Shown in pieces: positions 42,601-51,488 of a DNA stretch of 64,000 nucleotides. Source of the DNA: an uncultured Actinomycetota bacterium (GTDB taxonomy: Bacteria; Actinomycetota; Actinomycetes; JAHEKZ01); NCBI GenBank assembly GCA_963743915.1, contig CAVURN010000003.1:543631-607630 (forward strand), written 5' to 3'. A model generated the notes under the pieces. It ran no database searches, had not been told where the DNA came from, and saw only the letters and a list, made by a program, of their open reading frames with translations. Each line of letters starts with the position of its first letter. Position 1 is the first letter of the stretch. The translations under genes and the position numbers were made by a program.

Positions 42601-43572
42601 TCAGCGCTCGGACCAGGTGTCCCCACCGTCGCTCGAGACCAGCATCACCGGCTCGCGGTTTCGCAGCCCGAGCAGCACGGCGTCCTGCTTCGACGTGAAC
42701 GCCACGTCGAGCACCCGGTCCACCTCGACCGACGCCGACGGGCAGTCCAGACGCCGGAACGAGGCGCCCTCGTTGACGCTCTCGCGGAGCTGACCTTCGC
42801 TGCAGTCCCCGCCCGGTCCGAAGAGCACGAAGGCGGTGCGCGTGCCCGCAACGTCGAGGTCGAGCACCGTCTCGGCACCGTCGAGGCCGAGCTCGGGACG
42901 GTCGTCCGTCAGCCGCTCGAAGATCTCGCCGGCGTTGGTGGTGCGGGCCAGCAGCCGTGACCCCGTGACGGCGTTCTGGCACAGCAGCAGCCCTTTGGTG
43001 TCGTCCCAGAACGCCAGGTGCTGCGGCTCCCCGTCAGCGGCGTCGCACGGCTGGCCCGGCTTCACGCCGCGCACCGGCACCAGCCGCAAGTCGGCGTCGA
43101 CGCGGTAGACCGAGATCTGCGGCTCCCCGATGGTCTGCTCGATGCCCCAGACGCGGTCGCCCTCGTACCAGGCGTCCAGCAGCACCGGGTTGTCCTCGCG
43201 GTACACCCACGTCTTGCCGCCGTCGTCGGTCAGCGCCACCCCGCGCGAGCACGCACTCGTGGTGCCGGTCGCGACGCCATCGGACGCGTTCGCGAACGAC
43301 AGCGCGTACACGTTGGCCAGCGGGATCGAGGACGGACGCCACTCGCCGCCGGCCTCGCTGCGCTCGAGCGGCAGGGCGTCCGAGTCGGCGTTGCAGTCCG
43401 TGGGGCCGACCCACCGCCACACGGTGTCGCCGGACGCCGCCACGACACCGATCTCGAGCGCAGGCGGCGTCTCCGGAGCCTCGACAGGGCGCAGCGCCAG
43501 CAGCACGAGGAGCACTGTGAGGATGGCGAGCACCACGATGACCACGCCGGTGACCAGGTGGCGTCGCCTCAC
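42601..43572 (-). CDS. Membrane-anchored BNR/Asp-box beta-propeller protein
   Basis: N-terminal TM; TDDGGKTW, TTNAG..F and SSDGGDTW repeats. Confidence 0.72.
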   Translation of the reverse strand: MRRRHLVTGVVIVVLAILTVLLVLLALRPVEAPETPPALEIGVVAASGDTVWRWVGPTDCNADSDALPLERSEAGGEWRPSSIPLANVYALSFANASDGVATGTTSACSRGVALTDDGGKTWVYREDNPVLLDAWYEGDRVWGIEQTIGEPQISVYRVDADLRLVPVRGVKPGQPCDAADGEPQHLAFWDDTKGLLLCQNAVTGSRLLARTTNAGEIFERLTDDRPELGLDGAETVLDLDVAGTRTAFVLFGPGGDCSEGQLRESVNEGASFRRLDCPSASVEVDRVLDVAFTSKQDAVLLGLRNREPVMLVSSDGGDTWSER

Positions 43573-43895
43573 GAGTGCTCCCCGTTCACGCGCTCGACCC
43601 ACTCGCCCTCGAGCAGCTGCCCGTACAGCTCGACGATGTCCGGGACGATCGCGTCCGTCTTGACCCCGTACTCCGGCGCGATGCGTTCGGCGACCTCGCC
43701 CGCGTCGACACCGCCTTCCCCCGCATCGACGATCTCCCGCCACACCCTCGTCGCGGTGTCGGACAGCCCGATCCGGCGTCCGGAGGGCAGGTGAAGCAGC
43801 ACCGCCCGCGGCGGGTCAGCCGCCTCGTCGAGCACGTGGGCGACCCAGTCCGGACGCCGCACGCGCCCCGACGCGTCACCTGTCACCTCAGCCAC
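43569..43895 (-). CDS. PqqD/RRE family protein
   Basis: LSDTATRVW...EVAERIAPEYGV.....DIVELYGQLLEGEWV pattern. Confidence 0.78.
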   Translation of the reverse strand: MAEVTGDASGRVRRPDWVAHVLDEAADPPRAVLLHLPSGRRIGLSDTATRVWREIVDAGEGGVDAGEVAERIAPEYGVKTDAIVPDIVELYGQLLEGEWVERVNGEHS

Positions 43896-44058
43896 ACCAC
43901 CCCGAGCTCGTCACATCAGTCACACCCGTCACACCCGAAAACGCTCATCATGCGTCATCATGGGGGACCGGGTCCCCGCACGGCGCGCCGCGTCGTACGC
44001 TTCCTCGACGTGCGGTCGACCCGGCTGACGACGCTCCGCAATCGAAAGGTCACGCACC

Positions 44059-46044
44059 GTGGACTTGAGGGACTACCTCGACATCCTGCGGGCGCGGTGG
44101 CGCCTGATCACGGCCACCACGCTCCTCGGGATCATGGCGGCAGCCCTCGCCTCGATGATGGCCACCCCGATGTACACCGCCACCGCGACCACGTTCGTGT
44201 CGGTCAACGGTGGCACCGCCAGTGACGTCAACAGCGCCTACACCGGCTCGCTCTTCGCCCAGCAGCGGGTGAAGTCGTACGTCGACGTGGTGCGGTCGGA
44301 CGACGTGATGACCGCGGTGATCGACGAGCTCGGCCTGGCCAAGAGCCCCAACGCTCTCGCCGGCCAGATCGACGTGAACAACCCTCTGGACACGGTGACC
44401 CTGGAGATCTCGGCCACCGACCCGAACCCCGCGCTGGCCCAGTCGATCGCGAACGCGACGGCCTCCCAGCTCGAGCAGGCTGCGGCCGAGCTCGAGCCAC
44501 CGGGGGCGGATGGAAACCCGCTCGTCAAGGTCACGACGACGCAGCCGGCCGCACAGCCCTCGTCGCCGTCGTCGCCCCGGACGATGATCAACCTCGCGCT
44601 CGGGCTTCCTGGTCGGTCTCGCCATCGGGGTCGGTGCGGCGGTGCTGCTCGAGACGCTGGACACCCGGATCAAGTCGATCGAGTCGCTCGCGAAGTACTT
44701 CGACCAGCCGCTGCTGGGTGTGATCGGCTACGAGCCCGAGGCCGAGAAGAAGCCGCTGCTGACCGACTACCCCGGCCAGAGCAAACGCTCCGAGTCCTTC
44801 CGTCAGGTGCGCACCAACCTGCAGTTCGTCGACATCGACCACCGCCCCCGCTCCATCGTCGTCACCAGCGCGGTGCCGCGCGAAGGCAAGTCGACGACGG
44901 CGATCAACCTCGCGATGACGATCGCGCAGACGGGGCAGCCGGTGTTCCTCATCGAGGGGGACCTGCGGCGCCCGAAGATCTCCGAGTACCTCGGCATCGA
45001 GGGCAGCGCCGGCCTCACCGACGTGCTGGTCGGACGCGCCACCGTCGACGAGGTCATGCAGCCCTGGGGAAACACCGGCAACCTGTGGGTGCTGGCCTCC
45101 GGAGCGTTGCCCCCCAACCCGTCCGAGCTGCTCGGCAGCCAGGCGATGGCCGACCTCATCCGCCACCTCGAGAAGCGCGCGACGCTGATCATCGACGCGC
45201 CGCCGCTGCTGCCGGTCACCGACGCCGCGGTGCTCACCCGTCTCGCCGGTGGCGCGATCATGATCATCGCCACGGGCAAGACGCGGCGCGAGCAGCTGCG
45301 CACCGCCACGAGCAACATCGAGTCGGTCGGCGGCAAGATCCTCGGTCTGGTCATGAACATGGCACCCGCGCGCGGACCCGACTCGCACCGCTACGGGTAC
45401 GGCTACCAGTACGACTACCCGAGCACGAACGAGCGCCAAGAAGCTCGACGACCACGCTCCGGTGATCCCGGCCGGGCTCGGTGGCCTGCCCGGGGTCAAC
45501 GGCTCGCCGACACCGACGGTGCCGGTCGGACGGTCGGGGCGTCCCCGAAGCCGCACGAGCCGAACTCGGTGGCCGAGGTGATCGAGGGACACATGGGCTC
45601 GCCGCGTCCCGCGTCCAAGGCGTCGGTGCAGGCGTCCGCCGCGCTGACGGTGACGGCGCTCGGGCCGCTTCGACGCCGGCGCCCGCGGCGAAGACCCCAA
45701 CCGCGACATCGGGCCCCCCGCTGCAGAGCGTCGTGCCCGCGGAGGAGAAGGTCATCGGCGGCTCGGCCGGCGTGCCGTTGGCGACCACGACGCCGGTGGT
45801 GAGCAACCCGGTTCCCGAGCTGTTGCCGGCGGACACCGCGTCCGGTGCGCGCTTCGGCCTCGACGACGACGCCCCGTTGAACGGCGTGGACGAGGTGCCG
45901 GTGGACCGCACTGCGGCCGAGCCGGTCGCGACCTGGACGCCGCCGTCCCCGCGGGCCGCGCTCGACCCGCTCACCGCGCCGTACGAAGAGGTCCAGGTGG
46001 CCGACCTTCGGCGGCAGGCCCCCGAGGAGCCCGACGGGTCCTGA
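44059..46044 (+). CDS. Wzc-like polysaccharide co-polymerase/BY tyrosine kinase with long Pro/Ala-rich tail (frameshifts)
   Basis: LRDYLDILRARW, SPR..NL (Wzz); ESFRQVRTN, EGKST, DLRRP, PPNPSELL, IDAPP; YGYGYQYDY Tyr cluster. Confidence 0.88.
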
Positions 46045-46074
46045 CGCGGCAAGCGATCGCGTGCGACGCGGCGA

Positions 46075-46774
46075 CTAGACCGCCAGGCAGCCCAAGACGG
46101 TGCAGCGACGCGTCGGCGAGCACACCGCCGTCGTCGTGCAGGCCGCGAAAGCGCCGCCGCAGGTCCCGCCAAGACCGCAGTTGCCGTGGGTGCAGCCGCC
46201 GTTGCCTGAGCAGGTCGACCCTGGGCCGCCGCAGGTCTTGGGCCCGTCGGTCCGCCCCGAGCACTGGCCGGCGGTGCAGTCGGCGGTGGTCGCACACGGC
46301 AGTGCTGATGCCACCCGCTCGGCACGTTCCGCCCGTGCAGATTCCCGTGATGCAGTCCACCGGTGCGTCGCAGGGATCTCCCGTGACCCCCTGGACGCAG
46401 ACGCCGCCGGAGCAGATGCCCTGAGCGCAGTCGGAGGTCGCCAGGCAGGTGTCCCCGAGCTGACCCGGCTGACACGTCCCGCCACTGCATCGGCTGGTCA
46501 CGACACTCGGCATTGACCAGACAGGTGCTGCGCCGACTCCGCAGAGCGGACACCCGGCTGCCCGTGCCAGCAGAGTCCCCTGCGAGCACGGCCCGGACGC
46601 GGCGGCGGCCGGAGCGGTGGCGGACTGGAGCGCTGGCACCGACCACACGGCCGCACCGACGACTCCAGAGCGGCGAAGGAAGTCGCGGCGGCTCATGCCG
46701 CGGCGAGGTGTCGGCGCATCTAAGGCCTGCCGACGGGCGACTCTGCGCGCGAGGGTGTCGAGCCAGGAAGTCAT
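46075..46774 (-). CDS. Cys-rich repeat protein 1 with Tat-like leader (frameshifted)
   Basis: MTSWLDTLARR..SRRDFLRRSGVVGAAVWSVPALQSATAPAAAAS followed by about 6 C-x5-C-x4-C-x4-C-type repeats. Confidence 0.75.
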
Positions 46775-46867
46775 ACCCGTCCGACTCCGGTCGTGATGCT
46801 GCCGGGTACTACTTCACCGTTGCCGATGCGCTTTCGCGGGAACCGACACGCCAGCCCGCAGCTCGCG

Positions 46868-47000
46868 TCAGGTGACGCTGATGCCGTCCACCGACGACCG
46901 CGGTGCCGAGCGACGCGGCGTGACGCGTCCCCAGCACCCGCACCTCGAGCGTGTGCCGCTGGTCGTGACGGCCTGAGACGGTGACCGTCGCTGCCGATAC
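46868..47000 (-). pseudogene. Orphan 3' fragment of a beta-sandwich (carbohydrate-binding-like) domain gene
   Basis: Reads HTLEVRVLGTRHAASLGTAV(V)..DGISVT-stop with no upstream gene body. Confidence 0.4.
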
Positions 47001-47076
47001 GGCGAGGGCCGGCGCTCAGGATCCGCGGGCACCCGCGGTGCCGACGGGGATCCGCCAGGTGGGTGGTGCGCCGTGC

Positions 47077-47990
47077 TCAGGGCAGGACGACGAGGGCACG
47101 GGCTGCCAGCACCCGCACCAGGTCCTCGACGTCGAGCAGGATCTCGTTGGAGTCTGCGCCGTAGTGCGCGGCCAGGTCGCCGGCGAGCTGGGTCAGGGTC
47201 ATCTCGCCGTCGAGGGAGAGCCAGACGGCGGTTCCCGGCCCGTCGAGGTGGTGCAGGTGCTGACCGTCGAAGAGCACGGCCTCGCCCTCGAGCACGATCC
47301 AGTCGACGCCCTCCGCGCGCCTGGGGCCGGCGGTACCCGATGGGGCAGCTTCGGGGGTCGTGCTGATCTGCTCGGGGTGCTTCGCCCCGGTCTGGGGCAG
47401 CAGGGTGTCGGTGATCACCTTTGCGGCGTCGAAGGCGTGGCCGTAGCTGACCTGGTAGGCGGGCACGCTCAGCACGAGGCGGGCAAGCGCAGCCAGGGGG
47501 CGGGGCTCGATGGCCCACATCGCGCTGGACTGCTCTCCCAGGACGAAAGCAGCGCGTGCAGGGGTGACCTCTTCGATGCCGACGTCGTTCCGCTCCTCGT
47601 CGACGTCCGGGAAGACGATCAGGGCGGGACGCAGAGGCGCGTCGGGCAGCGAAGGTCCGCCGAGCCGTTCCGGGGGCAGCTGCCAGTTGCCCGAGCCCTC
47701 GGAGACCTCGTCCTGCGGCGGGCTGCAGGTGGGCGAGGAGCTCGTGGGAGCCAGGCTTGACGGTGAGCGGCTTGAGGAAGGGCTCGATGGCGAGGGTGTC
47801 CGGGTCGAGGCAGACCGTCTCGTCGGTGACGTAGGCGAGCCCCTGGGTGACGAGGGCGGCGGTCAGCGTCGTCTTGCCAGCACCGGACGCGCCATGCACG
47901 ACGATCGTGCGCCCGTCAGACGTCGCGGCACCACCGGCATGAAGGAGCAGCTGCCCACGCCGGGCATCGATGAAGGCAAGCGTGGCGCGT
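47077..47990 (-). CDS. HPr-kinase-like P-loop protein fused to a C-terminal PqqD domain (N-terminus missing, frameshifts)
   Basis: LLLHAG, GASGAGKTT, YVTDE; C-terminus EAVLFDG..LHHLD..GTAVWLSLDG..LAAHYG...DVEDLV..L. Confidence 0.78.
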
Positions 47991-48027
47991 CGGCGACCTC
48001 GGCGTCCGTGGTGCAACGGCAGAGCGT

Positions 48028-48500
48028 TCAAGCGCGACTGTCGCCAGGGTGCTTCTTGCATTGGCCGCCAAGACCGCGTTTCCGCTGCGCTGGCACACTT
48101 GCGTGTTGTCCGGCAGGTGGCACCTGCTCCGCCACAGTACCGCATTGCTTGGAGCAGTCAGCTGTTGTAGCACGCACACGCCGCCTCGCACAGGCGGCTC
48201 CCACGCCTCCGCAGATGCCCAGGTAGCAGACCGACGAAGTCCCCGCATGCACGCCAGTCGCCGACCCGGCGCACACCGATGCCGACGGCCCGGGTGACGC
48301 GCTCGCCGCCGGGGCCATGACCGTCTGCAGGACCGGGACGCTCCAGGCGACTCCACCGACGACGCCGGCCTTCTTCAGGAAGTCGCGCCGTGAGGAGGCG
48401 GGCGCAGGAGCCTGCCGGAGGCGGGCGAAACCGACTCCGGGGCAGCAGAAGGGGCGGCCTCAGCCGCCCGCTTGGCCCACCTGTCGAGCCATCCACCCAT
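48028..48500 (-). CDS. Cys-rich repeat protein 2 with Tat-like leader (frameshifted, 3' end damaged)
   Basis: MGGWLDRWAKR..SRRDFLKKAGVVGGVAWSVPVLQTVMAPAASAS followed by Cys-rich segments. Confidence 0.68.
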
Positions 48501-48618
48501 GCTGTAACCCCCGAGAGTCGAATCCGGCCCTCCCGAGAATAGGGGTTCGGGGGTGGGTATGGCGAGCCGCCCGACCGGAAAGACCCCGGTCGGGGCTCAG
48601 GCGGGCCAGATTGCCTGG

Positions 48619-49315
48619 TCAGGGGCCCGTGGGGCGGAACCCCTGACCAGGCATCCGGCCGTCTATGCGGACGCAGTAGCCGTTCCGGCAGCGACCGGAC
48701 ACGCACTTGTTGTTGTTCTGCACAGGCGGCGCCGGTTCCGCCGCAGGTGTGTGGTCTGGTTGGTGCCGCAGGTGGTGTTGTCCGTGCAGTCCGCGGTGGC
48801 CCGGCAGTAGCCACCGAGGGGGTTCTCGAAGCACTGCCCGCCGTTGCACTTGTCCGACAGGCACTGGCTGTTGGCCGTGCAGGTCGTCCCGGGCCACGAG
48901 GCGAGGCAGACGCCGCCGAGGCAGTTCCCGCTCTGGCACTGGCTGTCCGTGATGCAGGCGGTGCCGTTGCCGTAGGGGATCATGCAGATGCCGTTGAGGC
49001 ACACCAGCCCCGAGGCGCACTGGACGCCGGGTCCGCACGCGGTTCCCGGGGGGCACGCCACCGTGCACGGTGCACGCTGGCAGCCGCCGCAGGGGCGAGC
49101 GCCGACTGCAGCAGCGGGGTGGTCCACACGGCGGCACCGACGACGGCACCGCGGCGGAGCAGGGCACGACGAGAAATCCCCTGCGCACTCGGCGCAGGGG
49201 TGATCGCGTCGGGACGCCCGGACTCAGGCGTGGATTCGATCCCCGAGACAGCTGTGCGATGACGAACTCGGTGACCGGTCGACGCCTTGGCCAGGGCGTC
49301 GAGCCAGTGCCCCAC
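48619..49315 (-). CDS. Cys-rich repeat protein 3 with Tat-like leader (frameshifted)
   Basis: VGHWLDALAK..SRRALLRRGAVVGAAVWTTPLLQSALAPAAAAS; repeats CITDSQCQSGNCLGGVC and CTANSQCLSDKCNGGQC. Confidence 0.75.
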
Positions 49316-49400
49316 GGGGAGAACGTCGGCATTTCGGCGTCCGTGCTTGAGCCGGCCTCGTTCACCCATTCGGCCTAACGGCAGCTCCGGACGCCTCCGC

Positions 49401-49700
49401 CTACCAGTCACGCTCGTCGCGGGTCGCGGAGACGATGGCCACGTCGATCACGCGTTCGAGGGCCAGCCCCTCCTCGGCCAGAGCGTCCTGCAGGACGTCG
49501 AACGCGCCGGCGACGGCACCGTGGGGGCTCGTGGGAGGCGAGACGTAGTTCAGGGCGAGCCGGGTGATCCCCTGCGACCCCATGGCCAGGCCGACGCCGG
49601 ACCAGCGCCGCGGCTCTGACATGCCGAGCTGCCGCACCGTGTCGTCGTCGGGGGGCGGGTCGACGGCGAGCGTCAGCCGCACCTCCCACTCGTCTGTCAC
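49401..49700 (-). CDS. Hypothetical protein (99 aa)
   Basis: ORF with coding-like codon usage between the mauE fusion and Cys-rich gene 3. Confidence 0.55.
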   Translation of the reverse strand: MTDEWEVRLTLAVDPPPDDDTVRQLGMSEPRRWSGVGLAMGSQGITRLALNYVSPPTSPHGAVAGAFDVLQDALAEEGLALERVIDVAIVSATRDERDW

Positions 49701-49786
49701 GCGTCAATCCTGACCGGTGCGTCAGCACCCGGACCGGCTCCGACACGCGCTAGATCCACATGCGAGCCGAACGGACGAGTGGGCGG

Positions 49787-51215
49787 TCAGCCCAGCACGC
49801 GCACGGACGCCAGCAGGTTCAGCACCTCGGGACCGCCCACCGCCACGGTGGACGCCAGCTCGCCGTCTCGCAGGCGCACGGCGGTCGGTGTCCCCGGAGC
49901 CTGCAGCGCGCCGCCCACGCCGAACGTGGGGTCGAGCGCCACCGGCACGGTGAAACCGCGCTCGCGCACCGCGTCCGCCGAGCTGTCGCGCACCACCAGC
50001 ACCAGCGGCACGCTGCTCTGACGCCGCAGCACGTCGTCCTCGATCTGCTGGCAGAAGCCGCACCCGGTGTCCCAGAACAGCAGCACCGCGTCGTCGCCGG
50101 CAGCCTCGGCGATCGGCATCCGCTCGCCGTCCATCTCGACCATGACGTCCGGCGCCGGATCGCCCTCGCGCACCGGCGGCGGCCCGATCACCAGGTCTTG
50201 CGGCGCCCGGCCCGCGGCCGCCTGATAGAGGCGCCGCACGTCGTCGGAGCCATACGCAGGGGGTGTTGTGACCATGCCGTCGGCGCTCACGACCACCGCG
50301 CCGGGTGTGTACTCGATCCGGTAGTCGTCGACGGCGCGCGCCGTCGTGCGCGTGGACGGTCACCGCGCCGAACTTGCCCGCGATCGCGTCACGCTCGCCG
50401 CCACTCAGCACGACGACGTTCGGCCCGGTCTCGTCGGCCTGCCAGTCATTCAGGTCGTCGACCAGCTCGCCGCAGGCCTCGCACCAGGGCGCGACGAAGA
50501 CGAAGAGGTTGACGCGCTCGGGGTCGGTGACGTCGTCGAGCGCGACGTCGCGACCGTCCGCGTCGACGGCGACGAGGGCCGGCGCCTGCCACGGAGCGAA
50601 CTCGTGCGCGTGACCGTGGTGGACGCCTGCGCCTGCGGCCTCCAGCTCGTCGATGCGCAGCAGCGCGCGTCCGTGCCGCCGGAGCACCATCAGGAAGAGC
50701 ACGCCGAGCGCGACCACCGCTGCCCCGAGCAGCACGACCGCGATCGCGAGCCACGTCTCGGTACTCGTGAGCCCGTCGAAGGCGTCCGCCACGACCTGCC
50801 ACGGCCAGCCCTGAGAGCCGCCCCCGGCGAGCGTCACACCCGCCAGCACCATCAGCCCGACGTTGCGGGCGACCGACCACCACGACAGCGGCTTGGTGGA
50901 CATTGCCCCGAAGCAGTGGCAGTCGACGCGGTTGTCGCGCAGCAGGTTGGTGACGATGCCCAGGGTGAAGGCCGCCAGCAGCCCGAGGGCCAGCACCGCG
51001 CCTGCCACGACGGCCGGGCCACTGGTCACCAGCAGCAGCGCCGACAGCAGCTCCAGCGGCGCCAGCGAGACCGCGACCAGCGGGGTCAGCGACGCCGGGA
51101 CGCCGAAGTCGCGGACCGCCTTGCGGGCACCGTCGGCGTCCCGCAGCTTGGCGACCGCCGAGACCACGAAGGTGGCGGCGAGCGCCACGCGGGCGATCAG
51201 GGCGACGAGCTCCAC
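49787..51215 (-). CDS. MauE/DoxX membrane domain fused to two thioredoxin-like (MauD/TlpA-type) domains (frameshift near 50340)
   Basis: SAVAKLRD, VDCHCFG..WSVARN (MauE); FVAPWCEAC; FWDTGCGFC..GTPTAV. Confidence 0.83.
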
Positions 51216-51311
51216 GGCAGGTACAAGTCCTTCGGCGGTGACGGTGATTCCGCGCCCATTCTGCCGGGGCAGGTCTCCCCGGCGCCGCAGGAGGCGTCCG
51301 CGGAGGCTCAA

Positions 51312-51354
51312 GAGTGGAAACTTGTGCCGCTCTGGCGCGCATTTGTTTCCACTC
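51312..51354. repeat. Inverted repeat between divergent genes
   Basis: GAGTGGAAAC...GTTTCCACTC. Confidence 0.5.
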
Positions 51355-51488
51355 GTGGACGTCCGAGGGATACCGCCAGCGGACGCCACCCGCGGCCGCG
51401 CCCCGGCGACCCGAGACTTCGGCGCGCATTCACCGGACGTTCGCGCAGGTGAGACGCACCGCTCACCTCGCGCGCGGACCGTGGCCGC

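Noticed and set aside
43569-47990. Lasso peptide or PQQ biosynthesis cluster
   Set aside because: PqqD and a kinase are present, but no lasso cyclase, B2 protease, radical SAM, PqqA/B/C or recognisable lasso precursor.
48505-48620. Hairpin-rich region upstream of Cys-rich gene 2 as a riboswitch
   Set aside because: It contains a CCCGACCGG/CCGGTCGGG stem but no aptamer consensus I can recognise; more likely the terminator of gene 3 plus a promoter.
46075-51215. Methylamine dehydrogenase (mau) operon
   Set aside because: The Cys-rich proteins are tandem repeats lacking the TTQ tryptophans and MauA pattern; no MauB or MauG.
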